From: Antedon mediterranea
Lineage: Eukaryota > Animalia > Echinodermata
Assembly (NCBI RefSeq): GCF_964355755.1
Contig: NC_092679.1
Span: 22,799,432 to 22,863,431, forward strand
Direction: 5' to 3'
DNA length: 64,000 nucleotides
The position numbers and the translations under genes were made by a program. The notes beneath the pieces are model-generated. The model saw only the letters and a list, made by a program, of their open reading frames with translations, was not told where the DNA came from and did no database searches. Position 1 is the first letter of the stretch. Each line of letters begins with the position of its first letter. Positions 11,830 to 25,100 of this stretch are shown in pieces.

Positions 11830-14800
11830 GCGCAAACGTTAACTTTACGCTATTTCCCAACATTCAACGCGCAAGCAGAATAATGTTAAGAAAGAAAAAT
11901 AGCAGAAATTTAATTATTCTTCTATGTTTCGATACTCGTTTTCTCGACGCACATATAACTCAGTTTTTTGTAACATACTTGCGCACGCGCAAATCAATTT
12001 GTTTACAAAGTTAGCGGAGCTTCCGAGTTTTATGTTAGGGCTCATGTGAAACCTCCCTACTGATAATTATATTAATGATAATCTTGTTATATTATTTAAA
12101 CCATCAGTCAAACACAGATAAACAAGATGATCTTAGTGGTAAGGATGGCGGTATATTGCTTATGATAGGCCTTAATAGCTCGATCGACACAAGTAATAGA
12201 AACGTATAATAAGCATATTGATGCAAAGATTCTTTAATCGATAAAACCCATTTTTGTTCATCCAAATAATGTTGGTTGATGGTATTTAGAGTAGCCATTA
12301 TTAGGAAATATTTCCTAAGAATGCTCAAATACCATGCCTATATTCCCACAATCACGGGCCCTGAAATGGCCTACTGTTACTAAAATATCTCAATAAATTG
12401 TAGGCTACTGTAAAACTTAATAAACTTCAGAGGGATAGTTTATTTCGCCTATTCTGAATAGAAGAAACAATTTGAAGATAATACAGTAACACCACGGATA
12501 TATAATTTCCTTTCCTATCACAATTGTCTAAAATGTCTAATATTCTCAACACCACCCCCACCCCCAACCCATTATTCGCATATATCAGTTCATAAATATG
12601 GTAGCTTCATATTTAACTAGGTATTTGCACCTCACTGAGGTGATGATGCAACCTTTCAGAAATGCATTCAATGCACCAAAGAACGGACTAGGCATATACG
12701 TATCCCACCATTCACGGGAAACCCCATTTATCTTGTGCCCGCACCTGGGCTCTTACGAAGTTTAACATTTTAAAACTTGCACTTACTGAGAAGGATTTGC
12801 TCGCTTTTTGTGCTAGGGTAAAAGTTACTTTCGATCGTCTGGGATGGAAGGACAGTGTCAATAAAAAAAGGCCAGTGCTTGGCTAGGCCTACCCTACATT
12901 AAGTGACAACAAACTGTGCGATTCAGTGATGACGGTACGGCCTACCATTTAAATGAATCTGCTACGGTTTTCTGATTAATAACTGTACCTATGTTTTCTT
13001 CTAAAGTGAGCGGGCCCACCTTGCGTTGAATAAGTAAATTTAACACTCAAGTGTATGTGTGCCATAATGGAGAGTTCAGTTTTCATTTTCACATGTTTTT
13101 ACCATGTGACATGAATATAATACAACCATCATAAAGGAAGCCCAACTAAAAAATCAAGTAGCACTTCTTATTTTATAATATTTGTCCTTACATTCAATTA
13201 AGGACCTGCCTTATGCATTTATTATAATTATATAATATATTTGTTTCAATAGTATTTAAACAACTTTATCAAAAAAATGTAAAAATAAGGAAATAGTTCC
13301 TTCCCATAAAACCCAAATACGATCACATGAATTGACTCACTGGAACATAATAATGTTAAATACTATATACATTTACATTTTAACTGAAACTTATTAAAAA
13401 CTGTAATTAAAGAATTTAAGGATGTTTATTAAAAGAAATCATATTGCACAGGAAGTAGTCTTAAACAATATTCAGTATAAATTATTTTTAAAAATACGTA
13501 AATTCCCAAACAAACTAAAAAATGTTGATTCTTTCATAGTTTTTTTATGTTAATACAAAAATGTGTTTATAGAATTCTATTAAAATTATTGATATTGCTA
13601 ATCAACAAAATATCAATCAATACCAATGGATATCCATTATTTTTATTGATTACGATTGATCATCATAATTACTGATTTTCTATTAGATTATTTGTGTACA
13701 CTGTCTAATCAAATTAAACTTTATTTCTACAATAATAACATAATGAAAGAGGTATCTGGAAATTCTCATCTCATTATTATATTAATATATTCGTTTGACA
13801 GTAACTATTTTTAAACTGCTGAACAATTGTTTTTGTAAGGTTTAATGCATAGTAATTAAGAAAAACAAACACATCAAACTATGGTAATGAATCAGGATGT
13901 ACAATATTGAATTATCAACCAATTATAATAACCAATTATCTGGAAAACAGTCATAATCAAAACCGGAAACACATTATCAAAAGTCTTTGTACTGTGTTTA
14001 CTTTTATACAATTGGCATATATTTATTTATTTTTCTTTCATTTTTTTAGTACGGTTCAAACATTTAAACTTTTATTAGTTTTACTGTGTCATTTATAAAT
14101 AATAGTACATTTAAGTTTGTTATAACTCTAGATAATTCCTTCATTTCACTCTTGTTGTTCATAATTGTCCTTTGCAGCTTGTTCTAGTCAAGGTATTCGA
14201 TCGACTTCAAGGTATAACGTATACTAAAACACCTTACAATTTCACTATAAGAATTCTTTACATCAATTGTAAATGTAAAATAATGCATACCGTTGTATTA
14301 TTGCATGATGATTACAATGTAAATTGTTTATATTATGGTATACATTTCATCATATTCAGTATCTACATATTATGACACAACTCTACTTAACTGTTCTGTC
14401 CTTTGAAAATGTCCTCATACATGCATTATGTGTATGTAAATGTTAAATTATATGGGTATTCTCATATTTTCTTCTATGAGTTTAGTTTGGCCATGGACAC
14501 AAGAGAGAAGGACTTACATTGGGCTTAGATGTTGCTATATTATTAACTAAAGCCTTCTTACCTGCTGCGCATGCGTCGTTGGATTGACGTAAATTTACTT
14601 TATGAATTTTGCGAAAAAATATGATTCAAATTTAAAAATTACATATTTTGATAATATTCTCAGTCGTCAGAAAATGAACTTTTCATTGTCCAATTTTGAC
14701 CAAATAAAAATTGACAATGTATTTTCAATTCACATGCATGTCAATAAAGCAACTATACTTCCCAAATAAAGAAGCGACATGGTGTTCAAAGAGACTTGTT

Positions 14801-15573
14801 TGATTGGCTGAGAACAGTGCATTAGCATAGGCTAGCGGATCGGAATGATCTTTGATCTTACCGACGATGCACGTCCTCTACAATTACAACTTTTCATGAC
14901 ATCTGATTTTATAAAGTATAAAGCTTACATTTCGTCCTCAACCCATCTTTCCTCTTTCCACAAAAATAGTAATAATAATTTAGTTCAAAAATTAAAACTC
15001 TTTTTCTAATTTGTTAAGATATATTTGGGTAATGATACCGGAACAAACAAGAGAATGTGAACATGACACTGTACTAGCGACAGTTGAATACAGTCCCAGC
15101 GGCAGAAAGTTCATATTTTAAGTAAGTATACGTACAATACATTATTGAATCTAAAAAAATCAATCTCAATTCGAAAACTGCGTGGTAATGTCTAATTTAC
15201 AGAGGATACAACAAGACACCATGCATAAATCAGCAATCGTGTCACTGAAAAGGACCACTAAGCTACATCATGGTTGACGCTAATGGAATACATGTTTTAT
15301 AGCATTATAAGAGAAGATAGCAAGTCAAATTCTGAAATTATCTAGGCCTGAAGCGAAGTAGTATTAATAAAATGAAAATTGCTTCAGCCCGGCAACGAAC
15401 TTCACGGCTTCACTACCTGTGCTTACGGGTAGGGAGACGTTGGCGATACCGTCTGAATTGGACTCATTTTTCATACAGATTTTAGTTTGGGTTTGAATGT
15501 AATTGCGCATGCTTGTGCTGGTAAGATCTGAAAGCTATCTAATATCTTTCCAAACATTTTCCAGCATGACTAA

Positions 15574-16142
15574 TACCCCTTTCACACCAAAACTCCGGAG
15601 TGTCTCCGGAGACACCCCGGGGTTTATGACCATTCAAAACGTCGAGAAACTCCGGAGATACCCCTTTCACACCAACCTAGCAACACCGGGGTTTATAAAA
15701 TAAAATTGTAAATGTCGCCCTCTATTTTGTTTGTTTACATCGTTGCAACGATCATTAGAATAATTTTAATTAACAATATTTTTAATTTAATAATTACTTT
15801 CAAAAGTCTCAGAAGTAATATAATATTTTATTGATACTACTTATTATTTTTTAAACCCGCTATATATTTTGTACAAATATTTAAAGTATTTAAATAAAAC
15901 TAAAGCAATGAGTGATCGTGTGAGGATGACCTTTTGACCCGAAACACTCCGGAGTTTGATGTTGGTACCTTTCACACCAAAACACCGGGGTGTCCCCGCA
16001 GTTCGCTCTCCGGAGAATGTTCAGCTGTTCAACCCCGCAGTTTTAAACTCCGGAGTTGCTTGATTTTACCTTTCACACCAAACAGCGGGACGTCAACTCC
16101 GGGGTGTCTCCGGAGTGTTTTGCTTTTGGTGTGAAAGGGGTA
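15574..16142. mobile_element. PIF/Harbinger (Tourist-like) MITE, 569 bp
   Basis: Perfect TIRs TACCCCTTTCACACCAAAA / TTTTGGTGTGAAAGGGGTA and TAA TSD (15571-15573, 16143-16145). Subterminal CCTTTCACACCA and CTCCGGAG motifs; AT-rich core; no coding capacity. Confidence 0.9.
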
Positions 16143-16171
16143 TAAGGAACAAACTACTGTGTTTACTGTTA

Positions 16172-17890
16172 TTATAAAGTTGTTTCAACGTTGTTAGTAC
16201 TATCCTTTGGATCATTATGTGAAAATGATGTAGAACCCGAAGCACCATCAGTAGAATCACTAGGAGACAATAACTCTCCAGTCGGCTGCAACATGTTCAT
16301 AGCTACGTCGTAGCAAGGGGGTGGAGAAGCATGGATGACTGTTGGGAATTCTTGACTATCAATTGGAAGCGTTGTAGGACGGGCAATTGTTATCGACGGC
16401 GCGTTTTCACTATCAGTATTTAAATCTGTCGACAGCAATGAAAGACTCTCGTGGTGCTGGTTACGCTTATTTCCACGCCTTTTGGTCCGTACTGAATTGC
16501 GCTGCAACCTACGATCATTGTCGTCAATTGGAGAAGTTAATTTACATAGCTGCGTGTCAGAAAATGTCTTTCGCTTCACTTTGGAAAGCTTTCGTTTCCC
16601 TTCGTCATCGGTTGATATAAAAGCCCCGAGTGTGTTGTAAATGAAGGATGAAATGTCTCTAGTGAGACGCCTATTTGCGCTAATATCCTGACTCCCACCG
16701 TCATGTAAACTTAGATGCCCCTGTGAGGAGCGGAAGATTTGTCCATTCAATGTTGTGCTTCCGTAAGAGTTATTATTGCCCATAGCATACGCAGACGTTG
16801 ATCGAACATTTCGTATAGACCGCGTTCGCCCATTGGCATTAGTGGCTCCACGGCCGCCGTTCACAGCTTCCATGAGCAAAGCCTCCGAGTAGCTAGGAAT
16901 CACGTGTTTATTGTTTCTTATCGTCTGCTCCATACTAGTTTCGCTACTTACAGTAATATCGCGTGGTATAGTTCGGTTTCTTCCTGGTCTTAACCGATCA
17001 TTTGGATAAGTAAAGGCAAAGTTAGTTCCAAAAATCTTCTCTACCTGGTAGTGCACATGCGCAATTTTGTATTCTATCCATACGCGATATGGCCAAGATA
17101 GTAATGTTAATGAAAGTACCCAATAAACGCAAAGGTTGAAATACCAAGGAAGCTTATCTGAATAAGCATACGAAACGGTTTCATCACTAAAATCAATATC
17201 TGTTAAACTTAATCCTTCTCTTGTTTCCATATATTCATCCCTTCCGTCATTATCATTAAAGAATCGGAATCTTTGAGAAAGGTACTCGTTTTCCGCCTGT
17301 ACATTCGCGAAGATAAACGTTTTTGAAAATACAACCTGTGTCATACAATGTTCTTCCAAGCCCGCCAAATTTTTGGAAACATCTTTTACTCCAATATCGC
17401 TAAAATCAAACGCACTGGCCGCAGAGTGGGTGTTTATCCGTTCAATGTATTCTTGTGTGCTAGTGTACGAATCGCCATAGCGATACCGTGTAACATGGCG
17501 CGTGTGGCGGGCGTAGTGATACGAAATCGCCCGCCACCACACGACGGGATACGCTTCACGCATTTGAGTAATTCGTTCGTATACAACGTCGATCTTTTCG
17601 CGGTATTGTAATGCCATGCGTACGTCGCAATACCAGCACTCCACAAAATACACAAGGTATAAAAGAACCAGGAAAGCTATTGGTATGTAAAGATATCCGT
17701 CTTCACACGGGCTACCCCATTCATCATGAGGCCTTCCAGTGATCTCGTCTGTCATGATGTAGTTGACGAGTTTGGTTTCGCACCAGCCTACGACAGCAAT
17801 GCTGCCGCCCATTAGAGCAGTCAGGATCAGACATTTCCAATGTGTCTCCCGTCTCAACGATGAACAACATCCGTTCTTAGAGGGAGATTG
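16172..17890 (-). CDS. TMEM151: TMEM151-family transmembrane protein, large final coding exon (572 aa); upstream exon(s) not located
   Basis: Family motifs SLRRETHWKCLILT, SPCEDGYLYIPIAFLVLLYLVYFVECW, VWWRAISYHYARHTRHVTRYRYGDSYTSTQ, DYME-like DEYMETREG, LPWY, LSWPYRV and IPSYSEALLM. Acceptor ttatgtctttcag at 17891 precedes QSPS, matching the intron position before QRP in vertebrate TMEM151A as I recall it. Confidence 0.93.
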   Translation of the reverse strand, partial: QSPSKNGCCSSLRRETHWKCLILTALMGGSIAVVGWCETKLVNYIMTDEITGRPHDEWGSPCEDGYLYIPIAFLVLLYLVYFVECWYCDVRMALQYREKIDVVYERITQMREAYPVVWWRAISYHYARHTRHVTRYRYGDSYTSTQEYIERINTHSAASAFDFSDIGVKDVSKNLAGLEEHCMTQVVFSKTFIFANVQAENEYLSQRFRFFNDNDGRDEYMETREGLSLTDIDFSDETVSYAYSDKLPWYFNLCVYWVLSLTLLSWPYRVWIEYKIAHVHYQVEKIFGTNFAFTYPNDRLRPGRNRTIPRDITVSSETSMEQTIRNNKHVIPSYSEALLMEAVNGGRGATNANGRTRSIRNVRSTSAYAMGNNNSYGSTTLNGQIFRSSQGHLSLHDGGSQDISANRRLTRDISSFIYNTLGAFISTDDEGKRKLSKVKRKTFSDTQLCKLTSPIDDNDRRLQRNSVRTKRRGNKRNQHHESLSLLSTDLNTDSENAPSITIARPTTLPIDSQEFPTVIHASPPPCYDVAMNMLQPTGELLSPSDSTDGASGSTSFSHNDPKDSTNNVETTL

Positions 17891-19172
17891 CTGAAAGACA
17901 TAAAGTGGTATACAAACGTAACTATTCAATAGCTTTAAAACAATTTTTACCAGACAATAAACCAATAGCGGCTTAACAAACACAAAAACAAGATATCGAC
18001 GATTATATAGAGCACTGCGCAAGATAGTTAACTGTTGCTAGGTCCGTCCCATTCTACAACACTATACGCTCCCTGCAACCATCTGGGTGTTTTGTCCACC
18101 CGAGTGGCGTCAAAGTTGTTTATCTTGGTTGTACCCAGTCATACTGATCGTTTGGCGGGAATACTAGTTGTCTGGTAGCATTTTATATAATGTTGTCAGG
18201 AAGAATAAAGGAAGGAACATCTACGGTATCATTTTTGTGAAAGAAACAAAATTGCATGCCTAAACTGAATACTGTATATTATACATTTTATGCCTACACT
18301 GAATATATTATACAGTTGCCTTAATAGGGCCTAATAGCTTTCTATGCAGCGATTAAATTTAATATTCAAATCTCACACAGTGAAAATGTAAATTACAACT
18401 ATGGGAAAGAAAGTCAGAAAAGGGCAAATTAAAGTCAAATTATCAGTTTTGACAGATGCTTTGTTATTTTCCAATCAAGAGTACGATCAAAGTCCATCTT
18501 CGTTGATAACATTAGGATTACCATCTAGTTAGTCATGATTTCTAACAGCACGGTTGCTATGGGTTACTATACGCCTCTATCAAGCTTTTTTTTATGGTTT
18601 AATGATCTATTTATTTATAAATGCACTACATCAAACAAAAATACGAAGTGTTTAAATGAGGTTAAATTCTTAAATCTGTTCCTCTTAGCAATGATATATT
18701 AATCAGTGGCCATGGAGAATCACTACTTAATTTATGCCATTTTCAATTCAACTATTTCGGTTTATTGCTTTCTCGTTCTATTTTTTAAAATGTCTAATTA
18801 ATTATAAGTGTCACGTGTTGTCATTTCTCCATAATGTATATACCGCAGATACATTTATTTTGCCGTGAATATATAATTAAAATTGACCCATAATGCATTG
18901 CTTAAATAAATTTATTTGGTAGAAACCACGCCGTTAGCAATCTTGTGACAAACGGAAGGGAGCCCTCTATAGGTAAAGAAAGAAATTGGGAAAGGGAATT
19001 GTTATTATTGCCTAACGAGTGAGGCTTGTGTCAAGCTAGCCAACAATAAGCCAGCCAACAATAAGCCAGCCCACTTTTATTTTTTCCAGCCAACAATAAC
19101 TATGAAACGCCGTTTGTGCATTCTTTACATTTTCATTGTTACTTATGGCTTTTATGGTATTAGGAATTAAAT

Positions 19173-22100
19173 ATTTGTGAGAAAAACGGCGGATTGTTCC
19201 TGGGATTCACTAGGTGGGATTATACTAGGGTACCCCCTTAGTCGTCCAGTATAAGTTAGAGTGGGACCAATGGTCCCGTTTACTCAGCCCTCATCTTTAA
19301 AATTTGAGTGTAACTCAATTACAATTTTTAAAATATAGTTAAATTTGAAACTGTATTTGTGAGAAAATGGCGGATTGTTCCTGGGAGTCACTTGGTGGGA
19401 TTATACTAGGGTACCCCCTTAGTCGTCCAGTATAAGTTAGAGTGCGACCACTGGTCCCGTTTACTCAGCCCTCATCTTTAAAATTTGAGTGTAACTCAAT
19501 TACAATTTTTAAAATATAGTTAAATTTGAAACTGTATTGGTGAGAAAATGGCGGATTGTTCCTGGGAGTCACTTGGTGGGATTATACTAGGATACCTCCT
19601 TAGTCGTACACTATAAGTTAGAGTGGGACCACTGGTACCATTTACTCAGCCCTCATCTTTTAAATTTGAGTGTAACTCATTTACGATTTAAAAAATATAG
19701 TGAAATTTGATACTGTATTTGTGAGAAAATGGCGGATTGTTCCTGGGAGTCACTTGGTGGGATTATACTAGGGTACCTCCTTAGTTGTCCAGTATAAGTT
19801 AGAGTGGGACCACTGGTCCCGTTTACTCAGCCCTCATCTTTAACATTTGAGTGTAACTCATTTACGATTTTTAAAATATAGTGAAATTTGATACTGTATT
19901 TGTGAGAAAACGGCGGATTGTTCCTGAGAGTCACTTGGTGGGATTATACTAGGGTGCCTCCTTAGTAGTCCAGTATAAGTTAGAGTGGGACCACTGGTCC
20001 CGTTTACTCAGCCCTCATCTTTTAAATTTGAGTGTAACTCATTTACGATTTAAAAAATATAGTGAAATTAGATACTGTATTTGTGAGAAAACGGCGGATT
20101 GTTCCTGGGAGTCACATGGTGGCATTATACTAAGGTACGCCCTTAGTCGTCCAGTATAAGTTAGAGTGCGACCACTGGTTCCGTTTACTCAGCCCTCATC
20201 TTTTAAATTTGAGTGTAACTCAATTACGGTAAACATTTTTAAAATATAGTGAAAATTGATACTGTATTTGTGAGAAAATGGCGGATTTTTCCTTGGAGTC
20301 ACTTGGTGGGATTATACTAGGGTACCTCCTTAGTTGTCCAGTAGAAGTTAGAGTGGGACCACTGGTCCCGTTTACTCAGCCCTCATCTTTAACGTTTGAG
20401 GGTAACTCAATTACGATTAATATTTTAAAATATAGTGAAATTTGATACTGTATTTGTGAGAAAATGGCGGATTGTTCCCGAGAGTCACTTGGTGGGATTA
20501 TACTAGGGTACCTCCTTAGTTGTCCAGTTTAAGTTAGAGTGGGACCACTGGTCCCGTTTACTCAGCCCTTATCTTTAAAATTTGAGTGTAACTCATTTAC
20601 GATTAATATTTTAAAATATAGTGAAATTTGATACTGTATTTGTGAGAAAATGGCGGATTGTTCCTGGGAGCCACTTGGTGGGATTATACTAGGGTACCTC
20701 CTTAGTTGTCCAGTATAAGTTAGAGTGGGACCACTGGTCCCGTTTACTCAGCCCTCATCTTTAAAATTTGAGTGTAACTCATTTACGATTTTAAAAATAT
20801 AGTGAAATTTGATACTGTATTTGTGAGAAAACGGCGGATTGTTCCTGGGAGTCACATGGTGGCATTATACTAAGGTACGTCCTTAGTCGTCCAGTAGAAG
20901 TTAGAGTGGGACCACTGGTCCCGTTTACTCAGCCCTCATCTTTAACATTTGAGTGTAACTCAATTACGATTAATATTTTAAAATATAGTGAAATTTGATA
21001 CTGTATTTGTGAGAAAATGGCGGATTGTTCCCGAGAGTCACTTGGTGGGATTATACTAGGGTACCTCCTTAGTTGTCCAGTTTAAGTTAGAGTGGGACCA
21101 CTGGTCCCGTTTACTCCGCCCTTATCTTTAAAATTTGAGTGTAACTCAATTACGGTAAAACATTTTAAAATATAGTGAAAATTGATACTGTATTTGTGAG
21201 AAAATGGCGGATTGTTCCTGGGAGCCACTTGGTGAGATTTTACTAGGGTACCCCCTTAGTTGTGCAGTATAAGTTAGAGTGGGACCACGGGTCCCGTTTA
21301 CTCAGCCCTCATCTTTAAAATTTGAGTGTAACTCATTTACGATTTTTAAAATATAGTAAAATTTGAAACTGTATTTGTGAGAAAACGGCGGATTGTTCCT
21401 GAGAGTCACTTGGTGGGATTATATTAGGGTACCTCCTTAGTTGTCCAGTATAAGTTAGAGTGGGACCACTGGTCCCGTTTGCTCAGCCCTCATATTTAAA
21501 ATTTGAGTGTAACTCATTTACGATTTTAAAAATATAGTGAAATTTGATACTGTATTTGTGAGAAAACGGCGGATTGTTCCTGGGAGTCACATGGTGGCAT
21601 TATACTAAGGTACGTCCTTAGTCGTCCAGTATAAGTTAGAGTGCGACCACTGGTTCCGTTTACTCAGCCCTCATGTTTTAAATTTGAGTGTAACTCAATT
21701 ACTGTAAAAAATTTTAAAATATAGTGAAAATTGATACTGTATTTGTGAGAAAATGGCGGATTGTTCCTTGGATTCACTTGGTGGGATTATACTAAGGTAC
21801 CTCCTTAGTTGTCCAGTAGAAGTTAGAGTGGGACCACTGGTCCCGTTTACTCAGCCCTCATCTTTAACGTTTGAGTGTAACTCAATTACGATTAATATTT
21901 TAAAATATAGTGAAATTTGATACTGTATTTGTGAGAAAATGGCGGATTGTTCCTGGGATTCACTTGGTGGGATTATACTAGGGTACCTCCTTAGTTGTCC
22001 AGTATAAGTTAGAGTGGGACCACTGGTCCCGTTTACTCAGCCCTCATCTTTAACATTTGAGTGTAACTCATTTACGATTTTTAAAATATAGTGAAATTTG

Positions 22101-25100
22101 ATACTGTATTTGTGAGAAAACGGCGGATTGTTCCTGAGAGTCACTTGGTGGGATTATACTAGGGTGACTCCTTAGTAGTCCAGTATAAGTTAGAGTGGGA
22201 CCACTGGTCCCGTTTACTCAGCCCTCATCTTTTAAATTTGAGTGTAACTCATTTACGATTTTAAAAATATAGTGAAATTAGATACTGTATTTGTGAGAAA
22301 ACGGCGGATTGTTCCTGGGAGTCACATGGTGGCATTATACTAAGGTACGCCCTTAGTCGTCCAGTATAAGTTAGAGTGCGACCACTGGTTCCGTTTACTC
22401 AGCCCTCATCTTTTAAATTTGAGTGTAACTCAATTACGGTAAAAATTTTTAAAATATAGTGAAAATTGATACTGTATTTGTGAGAAAATGGCGGATTGTT
22501 CCTTGGAGTCACTTGGTGGGATTATACTAGGGTACCTCCTTAGTTGTCCAGTAGAAGTTAGAGTGGGACCACTGGTCCCGTTTACTCAGCCCTCATCTTT
22601 AACGTTTGAGGGTAACTCAATTACGATTAATATTTTAAAATATAGTGAAATTTGATACTGTATTTGTGAGAAAATGGCGGATTGTTCCCGAGAGTCACTT
22701 GGTGGGATTATACTAGGGTACCTCTTTAGTTGTCCAGTTTAAGTTAGAGTGGGACCACTGGTCCCGTTTACTCAGCCCTAATCTTTAAAATTTGAGTGTA
22801 ACTCATTTACGATTAATATTTTAAAATATAGTGAAATTTGATACTGTATTTGTGAGAAAATGGCAGATTGTTCCTGGGAGCCAATTGGTGGGATTATACT
22901 AGGGTACCCCCTTAGTTGTGCAGTATAAGTTAGAGTGGGACCACTGGTTCCGTTTACTCAGGCCTCATCTTTAAAATTTGAGTGTAACTCATTTACGATT
23001 TTTAAAATATAGTAAAATTTGAAACTGTATTTGTGAGAAAACGGCGGATTGTTCCTGAGAGTCACTTGGTGGGATTATACTAAGGTACCTCCTTAGTTGT
23101 CCAGTATAAGTTAGAGTGGGACCACTGGTCCCGTTTACTCAGCCCTCATCCTTAAAATTTGAGTGTAACTCATTTACGATTTTAAAAATATAGTGAAATT
23201 TGATACTGTATTTGTGAGAAAACGGCGGATTGTTCCTGGGAGTCACATGGTGGAATTATACTAAGGTACGTCCTTAGTCGTCCAGTAGAAGTTAGAGTGG
23301 GACCACTGGTCCCGTTTACTCAGCCCTCATCTTTAACGTTTGAGTGTAACTCAATTACGATTAATATTTTAAAATATAGTGAAATTTGATACTGTATTTG
23401 TGAGAAAATGGCGGATTGTTCCCGAGAGTCACTTGGTGGGATTATACTAGGGTACCTCCTTAGTTGTCCAGTTTAAGTTAGAGTGGGACCACTGGTCCCG
23501 TTTACTCAGCCCTTATCTTTAAAATTTGAGTGTAACTCAATTACGGTAAAACATTTTAAAATATAGTGAAAAATGATACTGTATTTGTGAGAAAATGGCG
23601 GATTTTTCATTGGAGTCACTTGGTGGGATTATACTAGGGTACCTCCTTAGTTGTCCAGTAGAAGTTAGAGTAGGACCACTGGTCCCGTTTACTCAGCCCT
23701 CATCTTTAACGTTTGAGTGTAACTCAATTACGATTAATATTGTAAAATATAGTGAAATTTGATACTGTATTTGTGAGAAAATGGCGGATTGTTCCCGAGA
23801 GTCACTTGGTGGGATTATACTAAGGTACCTCCTTAGTTGTCCAGTAGAAGTTAGAGTGGGACCACTGGTCCCGTTTACTCAGCCCTCATCTTTAACGTTT
23901 GAGTGTAACTCAATTACGATTAATATTTTAAAATATAGTGAAATTTGATACTGTATTTGTGAGAAAATGGCGGATTGTTCCTGGGAGTCACTTGGTGGGA
24001 TTATACTAGGGTACCTCCTTAGTTGTCCAGTATAAGTTAGAGTGGGACCACTGGTCCCGTTTACTCAGCCCTCATCTTTAACATTTGAGTGTAACTCATT
24101 TACGATTTTTAAAATATAGTGAAATTTGATACTGTATTTGTGAGAAAACGGCGGATTGTTCCTGAGAGTCACTTGGTGGGATTATACTAGGGTGACTCCT
24201 TAGTAGTCCAGTATAAGTTAGAGTGGGACCACTGGTCCCGTTTACTCAGCCCTCATCTTTTAAATTTGAGTGTAACTCATTTACGATTTTAAAAATATAG
24301 TGAAATTAGATACTGTATTTGTGAGAAAACGGCGGATTGTTCCTGGGAGTCACATGGTGGCATTATACTAAGGTACGCCCTTAGTCGTCCAGTATAAGTT
24401 AGAGTGTGACCACTGGTTCCGTTTACTCAGCCCTCATCTTTTAAATTTGAGTGTAACTCAATTACGGTAAAAAATTTTTTAAAATATAGTGAAAATTGAT
24501 ACTGTATTTGTGAGAAAATGGCGGATTTTTCCTTGGAGTCACTTGGTGGGATTATACTAGGGTACCTCCTTAGTTGTCCAGTAGAAGTTAGAGTGGGACC
24601 ACTGGTCCCGTTTACTCAGCCCTCATCTTTAACGTTTGAGGGTAACTCAATTACGATTAATATTTTAAAATATAGTGAAATTTGATACTGTATTTGTGAG
24701 AAAATGGCGGATTGTTCCCGAGAGTCACTTGGTGGGATTATACTAGGGTACCTCTTTAGTTGTCCAGTTTAAGTTAGAGTGGGACCACTGGTCCCGTTTA
24801 CTCAGCCCTAATCTTTAAAATTTGAGTGTAACTCATTTACGATTAATATTTTAAAATATAGTGAAATTTGATACTGTATTTGTGAGAAAATGGCAGATTG
24901 TTCCTGGGAGCCAATTGGTGGGATTATACTAGGGTACCCCCTTAGTTGTGCAGTATAAGTTAGAGTGGGACCACTGGTTCCGTTTACTCAGGCCTCATCT
25001 TTAAAATTTGAGTGTAACTCATTTACGATTTTTAAAATATAGTAAAATTTGAAACTGTATTTGTGAGAAAACGGCGGATTGTTCCTGAGAGTCACTTGGT

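Noticed and set aside
17891-18022. N-terminal 44 codons of the 616-aa ORF as real TMEM151 sequence
   Set aside because: It starts at TTG, is not family-like and ends in a pyrimidine-rich CAG acceptor, so it is most likely intron.
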